64,000 nt of DNA from Candidatus Calescibacterium sp. (GCA_032249135.1 JAVVGL010000003.1:62893-126892), one strand, 5' to 3'; counted from the first letter of the stretch, positions 1-10,831 are shown. Made by a program: numbers and translations. The notes: generated from the letters alone by a model not told the origin.

Positions 1-1062
1 TAGGACTGAACTTTTTACATTTTCAAGCTCTTTTTGTGAAATTCCCAGAAACTTTACTTTTCTCAACTCTTCAACTACTATATCATATATCTTTTTTATG
101 TTTTCACCTTTTGCTGAAAAAGAAACACTAAAAACTCCAACTCCCACGGGATTCCAATAATCAACATCAATAGAATTTGCAAGTATCTCTTTTATTCTTG
201 TTCTCTCATAAAGCCTTTTTTCAAGAATTTCAGCTAAAATGTCAAGATAAACGGATTTTGTTATAGAGAATGGATAACCTAAAAATCCAACTATAACCTT
301 AGCCTCTTTTTCTTTGCCAGAAATGAAAAATGCAGATGGACCTGAAAAATCAGGGTATTTTTTGACATCTTGTTTTTCAAATAAATTTTTCCTTTCACTT
401 TTTACTTTACCGAAAACCTCTTTTATTTTTTTCTCTACAATTTTCTCATCAAAATCACCTGCAACAACAACAAAAATGTTCTCCGGCGAATAAAAAGAAG
501 AATGAAATTTTAAAGTGAGATCAGAAGAAATAGACTTTATAGTTTCTTCGTATCCAATAACAGGATGTCCATATGGATGATTTTTGTAAAGCTCTTCAAA
601 AAATTTATCAAAAAGTCTATAATCAGGAATGTCACGACCTCTTCTCCATTCTTCCAAGACTACTTCTTTTTCAGTTTGAAATTCTTCCTCTGAAAAGTTT
701 GGTCTGAAAACTATATCACCTATAACTTCAATAGGGATATGTATATTTTCTGATGGTATTATTGACCAATAGACTGTGTTATCGTAAGATGTCCATGCAT
801 TTATGTATCCGCCAGCTCTTTCTATTGCATCCGCAACTTCGCTTACTCCTCTTTCTGGACTTCCCTTGAAAACTATATGTTCAAGGATGTGAGCTCCACC
901 GAAAAATTCAGGAGGTTCATCCGCCGCGCCAGATTTTACCCAAACAAAAACTGCCGATATTTTACTTCCGTCTTTTTTCGGAATAAAAATAACATCAATA
1001 CCATTTTTCAATCTGATTTTTTTTACTTCAATTCCTCCAACATATTTTTTCCTCTTTGCCAT
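1..1062 (-). CDS. M16 (pitrilysin) family zinc peptidase, 3' end beyond window start
   Basis: Not in ORF track; manual translation from ATG 1062 (AGGAGG RBS upstream) gives MAKRKKYVGG...GGAHILEHIVFKG...GGYINAWTSYDNTVY, the HxxEH inverzincin motif. Confidence 0.9.
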   Translation of the reverse strand, partial: MAKRKKYVGGIEVKKIRLKNGIDVIFIPKKDGSKISAVFVWVKSGAADEPPEFFGGAHILEHIVFKGSPERGVSEVADAIERAGGYINAWTSYDNTVYWSIIPSENIHIPIEVIGDIVFRPNFSEEEFQTEKEVVLEEWRRGRDIPDYRLFDKFFEELYKNHPYGHPVIGYEETIKSISSDLTLKFHSSFYSPENIFVVVAGDFDEKIVEKKIKEVFGKVKSERKNLFEKQDVKKYPDFSGPSAFFISGKEKEAKVIVGFLGYPFSITKSVYLDILAEILEKRLYERTRIKEILANSIDVDYWNPVGVGVFSVSFSAKGENIKKIYDIVVEELRKVKFLGISQKELENVKSSVL

Positions 1063-1306
1063 ATCTTTTTCCTCCTTTTTATCTTTTTGACCAATTTTGA
1101 TTTTTTTCAAGTCTATTTTTAAAGCCTTTACATCCCCAACAAAAATAAGATGAGACAATAAAAGAAAAGAGAGAAAAATAAAAATGTGCATTTTTCTTTC
1201 TTTTTTTTCAAAAAATGGCAACATATCTCAAAAAATATTTAAACGGAGAAATAAATTTCAAATTTTTCAGTTTTCACGGCTGAAAAAAGTTTTTAAAATT
1301 CAAAAA

Positions 1307-2236
1307 GTGGAGGAATTTCAAAAAATACTTAAAGATTTTGAAAACTATCTTTATTTTGTTTTAGGGAGAAGTAAAAACACATGCGAATCGTATATAAAAG
1401 ATCTGGAAGAAATATATAATTTTTTCAGAGAAAGAGGAAAAGAAATTTTTGATATTTCAGAGAGCAATATAGAAGAGTTCATAAACACATCAAAAAATAT
1501 TTACGACATAACAAGTATAAATAGGAAACTTTCTTCATTAAGAACTTTCGCTAAGTTTCTTGCGAGAAAAGATGAAAAATATTCTGGGTTGTTGAAAACT
1601 ATAAAAAATGTAAAGAATCTGAAAGACACAAGAGAACCTCCTTGTGTTCCAGATGAGAACGAAGTTATATCAAAAATAGAGTGTTTGAATTTGAACTCAG
1701 ATAAATTTGATGAGATAAGAGATAGAGCTATATTGGAGCTACTTTATGGCTCTGGTTTGCGTGCTTCGGAACTTATAAATCTTAAATCAGAAAATATTCA
1801 TTTAGATAAAGGTTTTATAAAAGTAGAGGGCAAAGGAAAAAAAGAAAGGTTCGTCCCCATGAGTACAAAAGCAAAGGAAGCAATAGAAAAATACATGAAA
1901 ATAAAACAAAAATTTTTCAGAGGGAAACTAAATCAAGATTTTGTTTTCGTAAACAAAAGAGGGAAAAAACTCACAAGACAAGGTCTTTGGTTTATTCTTA
2001 AAAAGTATGGATTTTACCCTCATCTTTTGAGACACTCTTTCGCTACCCATCTTATATCAAAAGGAGCAGATTTGAGGTCAGTCCAGATAATGCTCGGACA
2101 CTCAAATCTATCAACAACACAGATATATACAAAAGTTTTTCCATCAGTTCTCCAAGAAACCATAAAAAAATTTCATCCACTTGAATTTCTGACAGAAAAT
2201 AGGAAAGAAAAAGAAAAAGAGGAGAAAGGAAAATAA
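1307..2236 (+). CDS. xerD: Tyrosine recombinase XerD/XerC
   Basis: RDRAILELLYGSGLRASEL, GKGKKER, HLLRHSFATHL, GADLRSVQIMLGHSNLSTTQIYT; likely GTG start at 1307 within ORF 1184..2236. Confidence 0.85.
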   Translation: MEEFQKILKDFENYLYFVLGRSKNTCESYIKDLEEIYNFFRERGKEIFDISESNIEEFINTSKNIYDITSINRKLSSLRTFAKFLARKDEKYSGLLKTIKNVKNLKDTREPPCVPDENEVISKIECLNLNSDKFDEIRDRAILELLYGSGLRASELINLKSENIHLDKGFIKVEGKGKKERFVPMSTKAKEAIEKYMKIKQKFFRGKLNQDFVFVNKRGKKLTRQGLWFILKKYGFYPHLLRHSFATHLISKGADLRSVQIMLGHSNLSTTQIYTKVFPSVLQETIKKFHPLEFLTENRKEKEKEEKGK

Positions 2237-2299
2237 TAGGATAAGACAGGAACAAGAAAAGAGAAAAAGAAAAAAGAGAATTTTTTATCTCTGAAAATT

Positions 2300-2716
2300 T
2301 TACTTTAAGAATTTATTTTTGATTATAGATATTATCTTTTTGTCAGAGTCATAAGTGATAAGTTTTTCAGCTTCTTCAATTGGGAACCAACCTAAATCAA
2401 TAATTTCTCCGGGCGTTTTTATATTTTTGCTATCATCTTCTGGCTCCATAAGAAACCAGAAAACAGTTTTTTTGACGACTCCGCCATCTTTATCTTTAAA
2501 AAAATAAGTGAAGTCCCCTATTTTATCTTTTATTTTTGCCCTCACTCCGGTTTCCTCTTCAACTTCCCTCAAAGCAGCCTGTTCTTTTGTTTCACCTTTT
2601 TCTATATGTCCCTTCGGAAATGTCCAAACTTCTCTTCCAGAAAGCGTTCTTACCTTTATCATAAGAACTTTTCCATCTTTCAATACAACTCCCCCAGCAG
2701 AAAATTCTCTCTTCAT
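2300..2716 (-). CDS. NUDIX hydrolase (Ap4A hydrolase-like)
   Basis: Nudix box PKGHIEKGETKEQAALREVEEETG; N-terminal SAGGVV. Confidence 0.9.
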   Translation of the reverse strand: MKREFSAGGVVLKDGKVLMIKVRTLSGREVWTFPKGHIEKGETKEQAALREVEEETGVRAKIKDKIGDFTYFFKDKDGGVVKKTVFWFLMEPEDDSKNIKTPGEIIDLGWFPIEEAEKLITYDSDKKIISIIKNKFLK

Positions 2717-2880
2717 TTCATTAAGATTATAAAGTTTGTTTTTGAATTGGGATTTTTTAAATTTGGTATTTTCCCTATATGATAAAATGAAACCCGACGG
2801 TAAAACCAGAAAATAACATCAAAGAAAATAAATACTTAAAATTTATAGAGCTTAATAAAAAAGTTCAACAAGAATTGAAA

Positions 2881-3327
2881 ATGGAAGAGAAACCAGAACT
2901 TTTCTTTGAGGTGCTATCATGCAACATAGATTGGGAAATAGACTATGAAAGCATGATTTTTGGGTGCAAAGCAAAAATAAAAGTTAGAGTTGGGAATAAA
3001 ATAAAACTCGGATACTCAACTTCAAAAGACGGACAAATTTATGCATTTGACATGGCTCTCAAAAATATTTTGCAAGAGCTTTATCCAGAAATATTAAAAA
3101 TAAAACTTACTGACTACAAAGCTGAAATTATAGAAAAAGAAAAAAGGAAGGGAACGGCTTCCTACATCAAAGTAAGAATAGAGGTTGAAATTGAAGATAT
3201 AGGAGAAAAAATAATTACAGAATCTGTTGGAGCAGATCTTGTTGCCGCATCAATAGAAGCTCTATCACAAGCTTACAATACATCCCTACAAAAAATTTTC
3301 AGTAGATCTGAAACGGTAATTGTGTAA
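2881..3327 (+). CDS. Stand-alone 2-isopropylmalate/citramalate synthase C-terminal regulatory domain protein
   Basis: DGQIYAFDMALKNILQELYPEILKIKLTDYKA...GTAS...LVAASIEAL resembles the LeuA/CimA allosteric domain; no catalytic domain. Confidence 0.7.
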   Translation: MEEKPELFFEVLSCNIDWEIDYESMIFGCKAKIKVRVGNKIKLGYSTSKDGQIYAFDMALKNILQELYPEILKIKLTDYKAEIIEKEKRKGTASYIKVRIEVEIEDIGEKIITESVGADLVAASIEALSQAYNTSLQKIFSRSETVIV

Positions 3328-3343
3328 TAATAAAACTTTTTTT

Positions 3344-4723
3344 ATGGGCGTATCTATATTCAAAACAATAAGGTCTCCTGTTGCCAAACTTACATATCTT
3401 ATTCTTGCGGCTGCTTTTTTTATAGGGTTTGGAATACTTACATCTATATCTCCAAAAAATAGTATGAGGTCAATAAAAGTAGATGGTAAAAAAGTTTTTC
3501 AAGATGAGTTCTACCTTATGCTAAAAGAAGTTGAAAGGACAAAAGAAGAATTTGAAAGTGCTGAGAACCTTCAAAGACAAGCATTTGAACTTATGGTTGC
3601 AAGAAAATCAATTAGCTCAGAAGTAGAAAAATGGGGATTTTCAGTAAATGCAGAAGACATAATCGGTCTTATCGGTAATGCAGCTGGGATAAGAACCAGA
3701 AGAGATTACCTTAATTTCCTCAGACAAACAGGAGCAACAGAAAAATCATTTGAAAACTACCTGAAAGACTCTTACTTTTTCTCAAAATTTCAAGATATAA
3801 TAGTTAGGACAGAAACATCAGGTAATTTCAGAGAATTTCAAGACTTCATTTCAAATATAGCAGGTATAAGAACTCTAAAAATAGCAGAAATTGATAAGTC
3901 AAAGTTCAAAGTAAATGTAGATCAAAAGGAGATAGAAAGATATTACATAATAAACAGGAATGAATTCAAAATAGGAGAAAAGAGAGAACTGTGGATAGCA
4001 AAATTCCCATCTGAAACCACAGCTCAAACTTTCTTTTCTAAATACTCACAAACACAACCTAAAACATTTGAAGAATTTGAAACCAAAGCAAATGAAGAAG
4101 GAGGTAAAGCTACATCAGTAATTTTAGGTAAAGAAGCAGGATCTTCTAATCCTACTTTTGCTCCCTTCTTTTCAGAAAAAGCAACAGAAGGTTCAGTAGC
4201 TCCTCCCATAAATGTAGGAAATGAGTGGTGGGTAGTAAAAATAGCCAAAATTTTCCCAGAAAGATTTGCAGAACTCAAAGAAGTTGAAGGAACCATAAAA
4301 GAAAGATTAATAGGTAAAAAAGTCAGAGAAAAAGTTGAAAATATATTGGAGCAGAATAAAAACATAAGTTCAGAGGAAGAATTTGAAAAAGTTTTCTCAA
4401 AATACTCGGTGGAAATAAAGAATGATTCCTATCCTGCATACCTTGATATTTTTCCGGGATTAGAATATCAGCCCGAGCTTGGATTAGCCATATCAGATAC
4501 AAAAAGAGAAAATTTTGTATTTGAAAAACCAATAGAGGTGAAAGGAAGGGTTTTCGTTGTATTTGTTGGAAAACTCTTCCCATCTCCTGAAAAAGCAACA
4601 GATTTTGTGTATTATGATGTAGAAAGAGTTATAAAAGGTTTTATAGCAAGGAAAATGGCAGATTTGAAAATTGAACCTGCATCGCGCAAGGAAGCAATTG
4701 ATATACTCACAGGAGCAAAATAA
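3344..4723 (+). CDS. PpiD/SurA-family periplasmic chaperone
   Basis: N-terminal membrane anchor, SurA_N-like helices, EIERYY..N..EF motif, degenerate parvulin region. Confidence 0.65.
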   Translation: MGVSIFKTIRSPVAKLTYLILAAAFFIGFGILTSISPKNSMRSIKVDGKKVFQDEFYLMLKEVERTKEEFESAENLQRQAFELMVARKSISSEVEKWGFSVNAEDIIGLIGNAAGIRTRRDYLNFLRQTGATEKSFENYLKDSYFFSKFQDIIVRTETSGNFREFQDFISNIAGIRTLKIAEIDKSKFKVNVDQKEIERYYIINRNEFKIGEKRELWIAKFPSETTAQTFFSKYSQTQPKTFEEFETKANEEGGKATSVILGKEAGSSNPTFAPFFSEKATEGSVAPPINVGNEWWVVKIAKIFPERFAELKEVEGTIKERLIGKKVREKVENILEQNKNISSEEEFEKVFSKYSVEIKNDSYPAYLDIFPGLEYQPELGLAISDTKRENFVFEKPIEVKGRVFVVFVGKLFPSPEKATDFVYYDVERVIKGFIARKMADLKIEPASRKEAIDILTGAK

Positions 4724-4746
4724 AAACCAAAATAAAGAAACAAAAA

Positions 4747-5898
4747 TCAATAAAGAGAAGAGAAATTATATGGGTATCTGAAAATACCTTTTTCAGTTAT
4801 TATAGCTGAGATAAGATGAGGAGGTGTTATATCAAATGCAAAATTAAAAACTGGAACACCATCTGGCAAAATCCTGCAACCAAAAATTTCTCTAACCTCT
4901 CTTGGATTTCTTTCTTCTATTGGAATTTGATCTGACTCTGTATCTATTGTCGTTGAAGGAGCAAGAACATAAAATGGGACCTCAAAATATTTTGCAGAAA
5001 TTGCAAGTGTAAGTGTACCTATCTTGTTTGCAGTTGTTCCATCTTTTAAAATTCTATCTGCTCCCACAACACAACATATTTCCTTTCCCTTTTCTTTCAT
5101 TTTTAAAATAGAGAAAGCAGATGATGAATCAACTATGATGTGGAATGGAATTTTATTTTGCATAAGCTCCCAAGCCGTAAGTCTACTTCCTTGCAAAAAA
5201 GGTCTCGTTTCAAGAGCAATAACTTCTATGTTTTTCCCGACCTTATTTGCAAACTTTATGGCAGAAAAAGCTGTTCCCCATCCCCCCGTTGCGAGCGCCC
5301 CAGTATTGCATATTGTAAATACAACGCTACCATCTTTGATGAGTTCTGCTCCGAACTTACCTATAATATAACAGTATGCAAAATCATAAAACCAGATCTT
5401 TATTGCTCTATCAAAAAGCTTTTGCAAAAGTCCGTCTTGATCTTTTTCGTTTGAACTCAAAAATTCTTTCTCCATATCATCAAGAGCTTTTTTTAAATTA
5501 AAAGCTGTGGGTCTTGTTCTTTCAAGCTCTGATTTAATTTCAGAAAAGACACTCTGAGTGATTTTGATTTTGTTTTTCAATCTTTTTTTTATTCCATAGA
5601 CTATTCCGAAAGCAGCTGATATACCTATTGCGGGAGCTCCTCTCACAATCATTTCTCTTATTGCGTGGGCAACATCCTTCTCATCCTCACACCTTACCCA
5701 ATTCTCTTTTGCGGGCAGGAATCTTTGATCCAAAAATTCAACATAATCGTCAAAAAGACGAAACCATGTGTGTTTTTTCCCACCATCAGTTTCAACTTCA
5801 AAAACTGTGAGAACTTCATTTATGTCAAAGTTTATACCTTGATTTCTCAATTCTACCTCTAACAACTTCAAAGAGCTCAAGTTTCTCCCCTGAAACAT
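4747..5898 (-). CDS. mtnA: S-methyl-5-thioribose-1-phosphate isomerase
   Basis: LDQRFLP, MIVRGAPAIG, RPTA, CNTGALAT, ETRPFLQGSRLTAWEL, GADRI, ANKIGT, FDITP. Confidence 0.95.
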   Translation of the reverse strand: MFQGRNLSSLKLLEVELRNQGINFDINEVLTVFEVETDGGKKHTWFRLFDDYVEFLDQRFLPAKENWVRCEDEKDVAHAIREMIVRGAPAIGISAAFGIVYGIKKRLKNKIKITQSVFSEIKSELERTRPTAFNLKKALDDMEKEFLSSNEKDQDGLLQKLFDRAIKIWFYDFAYCYIIGKFGAELIKDGSVVFTICNTGALATGGWGTAFSAIKFANKVGKNIEVIALETRPFLQGSRLTAWELMQNKIPFHIIVDSSSAFSILKMKEKGKEICCVVGADRILKDGTTANKIGTLTLAISAKYFEVPFYVLAPSTTIDTESDQIPIEERNPREVREIFGCRILPDGVPVFNFAFDITPPHLISAIITEKGIFRYPYNFSSLY

Positions 5899-5941
5899 AA
5901 TCTAATGAATAAGATAAAAAGATAATAGATAGAAAATAAAC

Positions 5942-7159
5942 TTATCTTAGAGCTGAAATTCCCGGTAGTTCCTTGCCTTCAAGGACCTCTAAAAATGCTC
6001 CACCACCTGTTGATATATATGAGATTCTGTGTTGTTCTCCTGCTTTTGAAATTGCAACATCGGTATCTCCCCCACCAACAACTGTAAAAGCAGTAGAGTT
6101 AGCAAGAACAGATACCATAGAATATGTTCCTTTTGAGAACTGCTCTTTCTCAAATACTCCCATCGGACCGTTCCAGACTATTGTTCTTGCATCGGAAAGA
6201 GCTTCTGCAAAAAGTGTTATTGTGGCAGGACCTATGTCAAATCCGGCATAATTATCTGGAATTTCATAAACTGGTACAATTTTTATATCTGTGTCATCTA
6301 ATGATTTTGCGACCACACAATCAACGGGCAAATAAACCTTCACGCCTATTTTTTTTGCCTCCGCCAATATCTCGCTTGCAACCTCAATATAATCCTTTTC
6401 AACGATGGATTTTCCAGTTCTTATTCCCTGAGCTTCAAGAAAAGTGAAAGCCATGGCACCCCCTATGATAAGTTTATCTGCAATAGATAAAATATTTTTC
6501 AGAGCTCCTATCTTATCTGATACCTTTACTCCACCAATAACTGCTGCAAACGGTTTTTTAGGATTAAACAGCAACCTTTGCAGTGAAAGGAGCTCTTTTT
6601 TCATAAGTATTCCTGCAAATTTTTTTTCTTTTTGGAAAAGCAGAGGTAGAGCATAAACTGATGCATGTTTTCTATGTGATACTGCGAAAGCATCGTTTAT
6701 ATAAATATCTGGTTGGACCGAATCTATGAGTTCTTTTGCGAAATTCTCGTCATTATTTGTTTCACCTTCATAAAATCTCAGATTTTCAAGCAAAATGACA
6801 TCAGCTTTTGAGTTAACAGCATTTTTGACTTTCTCTCCTATGCAATCATCAACAAATAAAACATCTTTTTCCAAAAGTCTTGAAAGCCTTCTTGCAACAG
6901 GAGCCAAGGAGAGTCTTTCTATTCTCTTTCCCTTCGGTCTCCCCATATGTGAAATTAGAACAACTTGACACCTTTCATCAAGGAGGAAGTTTATTGTGGG
7001 TAAGACTGATCTTATTCTTCTATCATCTAATATTTGTCCGACCTCATCAACTGGCACATTAAAATCAACTCTCATCAGAACCCGAGCTCCATAGATATTG
7101 TTTTCATCTACAAACCTTATACCTTCTATTATTTTTAAGTTCTCGTAAACACCAGCCAT
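5942..7159 (-). CDS. pgk: Phosphoglycerate kinase
   Basis: RVDFNVP, SHMGRP, LLENLRF, WNGPMGVFE, GGGDT, STGGGA. Confidence 0.98.
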   Translation of the reverse strand: MAGVYENLKIIEGIRFVDENNIYGARVLMRVDFNVPVDEVGQILDDRRIRSVLPTINFLLDERCQVVLISHMGRPKGKRIERLSLAPVARRLSRLLEKDVLFVDDCIGEKVKNAVNSKADVILLENLRFYEGETNNDENFAKELIDSVQPDIYINDAFAVSHRKHASVYALPLLFQKEKKFAGILMKKELLSLQRLLFNPKKPFAAVIGGVKVSDKIGALKNILSIADKLIIGGAMAFTFLEAQGIRTGKSIVEKDYIEVASEILAEAKKIGVKVYLPVDCVVAKSLDDTDIKIVPVYEIPDNYAGFDIGPATITLFAEALSDARTIVWNGPMGVFEKEQFSKGTYSMVSVLANSTAFTVVGGGDTDVAISKAGEQHRISYISTGGGAFLEVLEGKELPGISALR

Positions 7160-7240
7160 TAAAGAACCCTCCCTCCTTTTTTATTTCTTCACATCCTTCT
7201 TCACTTTTTCCTCTCTACTTTTCCAATTTTTCTTAATTTT

Positions 7241-8017
7241 TTACGTTTTGAATTTTTTCAGCTTTCTTAAAAATTTGAGATCTTCTTTTGTATCTACTGG
7301 AAAAAGCTTCTTCTTCCCGACAACGACTTTTATTTTCATTCCATTATCAATTGCTCTAAGTTGTTCAAGTTTCTCTAAAACCTCATTTTTAGACTGAGGC
7401 AAATTTGAGAATTTCAAAAGCTCATTTTTCCTGAAAGCATATATACCACCATGTATTATAAATTTCTTTGCACCATAAGGTATAGGAGCCCTTGAAAAAT
7501 ATATTGCATACCCATTTTGCGACACAGCAATTTTTACCCTGTTTGGATTTTTGAATTCATCCGCATCAGAAGATAAAAATCCATATGTAGATATGCTTGC
7601 TTCTTTATCTTCCTCTAATGCTTTCACAACTGCATTTATTATTTTTGGAGAGATAAGAGGTTCATCACCTTGAACATTCACCACAATTTCCGGCAAATTC
7701 TGATCTTCATCTTGTAAAATTTTTATAAGTTCTGATACTCTATCAGTTCCTGATTTTATATTTTTACCTCTGATTATTCTGACAAAAATTTTGGCTTTCT
7801 CTGATTGAGAAAGTTTTTTTGTTTTTAAAACAGAAGTTTCAACCTTTTCTTTTATTCTTTCAGAATCTGTGGCCAAAAACACTTTTTGAGCGTCAGATTT
7901 TGCACAAGCACATAAAACATGGAAAACAACAGGTTCTCCCCATAAATCTTCAATGAGCTTTCCCGGGAATCTCGTAGAACCTTCCCTTGCCGGAACTACA
8001 CATATAAAATCTATCAT
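7241..8017 (-). CDS. kdsB: 3-deoxy-manno-octulosonate cytidylyltransferase
   Basis: PAREGSTRFPGK, SGTDR, VNVQGDEP, YFSRAPIP, EKLEQLRA. Confidence 0.95.
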   Translation of the reverse strand: MIDFICVVPAREGSTRFPGKLIEDLWGEPVVFHVLCACAKSDAQKVFLATDSERIKEKVETSVLKTKKLSQSEKAKIFVRIIRGKNIKSGTDRVSELIKILQDEDQNLPEIVVNVQGDEPLISPKIINAVVKALEEDKEASISTYGFLSSDADEFKNPNRVKIAVSQNGYAIYFSRAPIPYGAKKFIIHGGIYAFRKNELLKFSNLPQSKNEVLEKLEQLRAIDNGMKIKVVVGKKKLFPVDTKEDLKFLRKLKKFKT

Positions 8018-8233
8018 TTTGGTAAAATTAATCAAATTATAAATTATATTTTATAGAATATTCTGATCTGCACAAAAATAAAATTACAAAGCAAATAAGT
8101 TAGAACAAAAACTGTTGACTTTCTTAAAGTTGCTTTTCCAGATTCCCAAATCTTTAATGATAAAGATCATAATGTAGAAAAAAAATCCCGTAAAAAAAGT
8201 TTTCTTTGAATTGATGGATAAATACATTAGATT

Positions 8234-8539
8234 ATGCCAAGATCTTTGAAAAAAGGACCATTTGTTGATGAGCATTTGCTTGAAAAAATTGTTGCGCTCC
8301 GCCCTCGCGTTTTGAAGGGAGAGAAAGTTGTAATAAAAACATATTCAAGGAGATCAACGATAATACCAGAAATGGTCGGTTTTACAATAGCTGTTCACAA
8401 CGGAAGAACTTTTATCCCTGTGTATATAACTGAGGAGATGGTTGGTCATAAACTCGGAGAATTCTCTTTCACCAGAACCTTCAGAGGACACCCAGACAAA
8501 ACAAAAAAAGTAGAAATAAGAAAGCCTGGGCAAAAATAA
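8234..8539 (+). CDS. rpsS: 30S ribosomal protein S19
   Basis: [12 protein letters not shown]...VHNGR...MVGHKLGEF. Confidence 0.99.
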   Translation: MPRSLKKGPFVDEHLLEKIVALRPRVLKGEKVVIKTYSRRSTIIPEMVGFTIAVHNGRTFIPVYITEEMVGHKLGEFSFTRTFRGHPDKTKKVEIRKPGQK

Positions 8540-8580
8540 ATAAAATTTGGAAGTATATAATGTGATTGGAGGTATATAAT

Positions 8581-8937
8581 ATGAAAGGAGTGCAAGCAGA
8601 TGCTTATGCAATTTTGAGGTATGCAAGGTGTTCTCCAAAAAAGACGTGGTTTGTTGCTTCTGCTCTTCAAGGTAAAAAAGCATTAGAGGCTTTGGAATTG
8701 CTCAAATTCATAAGAAAAAAGCCTGCAAGATATATAGAAAAAGCTTTGCGGTCAGCAATAGCAAATGCTGAACATAATCACAACATCCCCGCTAACCAGC
8801 TTTATATAAAGTCAATAGTGATAGGAAAAGGACCTTACATGAGAAGATGGAAACCCTCTGCTTACGGAAGAGCTTTACCAATATGGAGAAAGACCACTCA
8901 TATTTTCGTTTATCTTGAAAGAAAATTAGAAGATTAA
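8581..8937 (+). CDS. rplV: 50S ribosomal protein L22
   Basis: SAIANAEHN, GPYMRRW..GRA, TTHI; between rpsS and rpsC; GGAGG RBS. Confidence 0.97.
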   Translation: MKGVQADAYAILRYARCSPKKTWFVASALQGKKALEALELLKFIRKKPARYIEKALRSAIANAEHNHNIPANQLYIKSIVIGKGPYMRRWKPSAYGRALPIWRKTTHIFVYLERKLED

Positions 8938-8967
8938 ATTAAAAAGAAAATTAGAAGATTAAATTAA
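8918..8967 (+). repeat. Perfect 25-bp tandem duplication of the rplV 3' end
   Basis: aaagaaaattagaagattaaattaa at 8918-8942 and 8943-8967. Confidence 0.9.
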
Positions 8968-9003
8968 ATAGAAGATAAATAAATAAGGAGGAGGATATAA
9001 TTT

Positions 9004-9660
9004 ATGGGACAAAAAACACATCCGATAGGTTTTAGGTTGGGAATAAATAAGAGTTGGAACTCAATATGGACAGCCCCAACAAAGCAGGATTACTCTCGCC
9101 TACTTCATGAAGACCTAAAAATAAGAGACTGGATAAAAAAAACATATTATAATGCTGCAATAGAGAAAATAATAATAAAAAGAATAATGGACAGAATATT
9201 CATTGAAATACACTGTGCAAAAATTGGAGTAGTTATAGGTAAAAAAGCTGCGGGCATAGAAAGGATTAAAAATTTTGTCTCTCAAGTTGCAAAAATACCA
9301 AAAGATAACATTTCCATCGACATAATAGAGATAAGAAATCCTGACATTTCCGCTCAACTTATAGCTGAAAGTATAGCATCGCATATGGAGAAAAATATTC
9401 CATATAGACCTGCAATGAAAAGAGCAATCGCTGCTGCTCTTCGTGCTGGTGCAAAAGGTATAAAAATAAACTGTGAGGGAAGACTGGGAGGTGTAGAACT
9501 AGCCAGAGCAGAATGGATTTTACAAGGGAGATTGCCTCTACAAACAATAAGAGCTGATATAGATTACGGTTTTGCAGTCGCAAAAACTAAATGGGGAACA
9601 AACGGGGTCACAGTTTGGATATTCAAAGGAGAAATTCTCGGAGGCGGAGTCGTAAGATGA
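9004..9660 (+). CDS. rpsC: 30S ribosomal protein S3
   Basis: MGQKTHPIGFRLG, GRLGGVELAR, PLQTIRADIDY. Confidence 0.99.
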   Translation: MGQKTHPIGFRLGINKSWNSIWTAPTKQDYSRLLHEDLKIRDWIKKTYYNAAIEKIIIKRIMDRIFIEIHCAKIGVVIGKKAAGIERIKNFVSQVAKIPKDNISIDIIEIRNPDISAQLIAESIASHMEKNIPYRPAMKRAIAAALRAGAKGIKINCEGRLGGVELARAEWILQGRLPLQTIRADIDYGFAVAKTKWGTNGVTVWIFKGEILGGGVVR

Positions 9661-10814
9661 AAAGTTTTATTTTTAACCTCAGGACCAAAGTCGTAGTCGG
9701 TAAAAATTCAATAAATGAAATCCCAACAGAACTTGATAAATTAGGTGTAAACAAAGTCCTCATAGTAACAGACAAAATCATTTCTGAAAAAACAGATATA
9801 ATAAAGAGGATAAAAGAAGTTCTTGATGGAAGAAAAAAATATGTTGTGTTTGATGATGTCAAACCTGATTCTGAGTGTTCAATAGTAGATAGGGCTTTTG
9901 AGATAGCAAAAAGTGAATCAGTAGATGGACTTTTGAGCGTTGGAGGCGGTTCTTCAATAGATACAGCAAAAGCAGTTGCCATACTTTTTGAAAAAGGAGG
10001 AAATATAAGAGATCATACGGGGGTTTATATTTTGACTAAACCAACTCTGCCTCATATTGCTGTTCCAACAACTGCTGGAACAGGCTCAGAAGTCTCTCAT
10101 GTCGCAGTAATAAAAGATGAAAAAGAAGGAAGGAAACTTGTTTATGTTGACTGGTATATTATGCCACATGTTGCAATTTTAGACCCTACTTTAACCGTAT
10201 CTATGCCTCCGTCTGTTACTGCTCACACAGGTATGGATGCTCTAACTCATTGTATAGAAGCTATTCACTCAACAGAAAATAATCCTGTTTCTGATGCGTT
10301 CGCTATGCACGGAATAAGGCTCATAAAAGAGAATTTACCACGAGCCATTGAAAATCCGCAAGATTTAGAAGCTCGCCAGAATATGCAAGTCGCCGCGATG
10401 ATGGGAGGAGCAGCTTTTACAAACGCACAAGTTGGTATCGTTCACGCCATAGCTCACTCTATCGGAGCTATGTATGGAATACCTCACGGTTTGGCAAATT
10501 CTTTAATTTTGCCCTATGGTATGATGTTCAACTTACCTGAGTGTCCAAGATATAAACTTGTGGCAGAAGCATTTGGATTGAGTGATTCGGATGAAAAAAG
10601 ACTTGCAAGAAAAGCAATAGATGAAGTTTTGAAATTTATAGAGAGGTTGGGTCTTCCAAAAACTTTAAAAGAAGTTGGAGTGAAAAAAGAAGATTTCCAG
10701 AAAATAGCGGAGCTTGCAATTGGAGATCCATCTATAATTTCAAATCCAAGATTTGCTATAATGCCGGAGGCAATTTTAGAAGTTCTTGAAAATGCATATG
10801 AAGGAAAAATATAA
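9657..10814 (+). CDS. Iron-containing alcohol dehydrogenase
   Basis: GGGSSIDTAK, PTTAGTGSE, DALTHCIE, HAIAH, HGLAN; ATG overlaps rpsC stop (ATGA). Confidence 0.95.
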   Translation: MKSFIFNLRTKVVVGKNSINEIPTELDKLGVNKVLIVTDKIISEKTDIIKRIKEVLDGRKKYVVFDDVKPDSECSIVDRAFEIAKSESVDGLLSVGGGSSIDTAKAVAILFEKGGNIRDHTGVYILTKPTLPHIAVPTTAGTGSEVSHVAVIKDEKEGRKLVYVDWYIMPHVAILDPTLTVSMPPSVTAHTGMDALTHCIEAIHSTENNPVSDAFAMHGIRLIKENLPRAIENPQDLEARQNMQVAAMMGGAAFTNAQVGIVHAIAHSIGAMYGIPHGLANSLILPYGMMFNLPECPRYKLVAEAFGLSDSDEKRLARKAIDEVLKFIERLGLPKTLKEVGVKKEDFQKIAELAIGDPSIISNPRFAIMPEAILEVLENAYEGKI

Positions 10815-10831
10815 TTTTTTTCCTCTAAACC

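Noticed and set aside
877-1122. 81-aa plus-strand ORF
   Set aside because: Antisense to the M16 peptidase
1263-1287. TTTTTCAG/CTGAAAAA inverted repeat upstream of xerD
   Set aside because: Weak AT-rich stem; function unsupported
1184-2236. Tyrosine recombinase as a prophage/island or integron integrase
   Set aside because: Motifs fit housekeeping XerD; neighbours are core genes; no att, attC or dif site recognised
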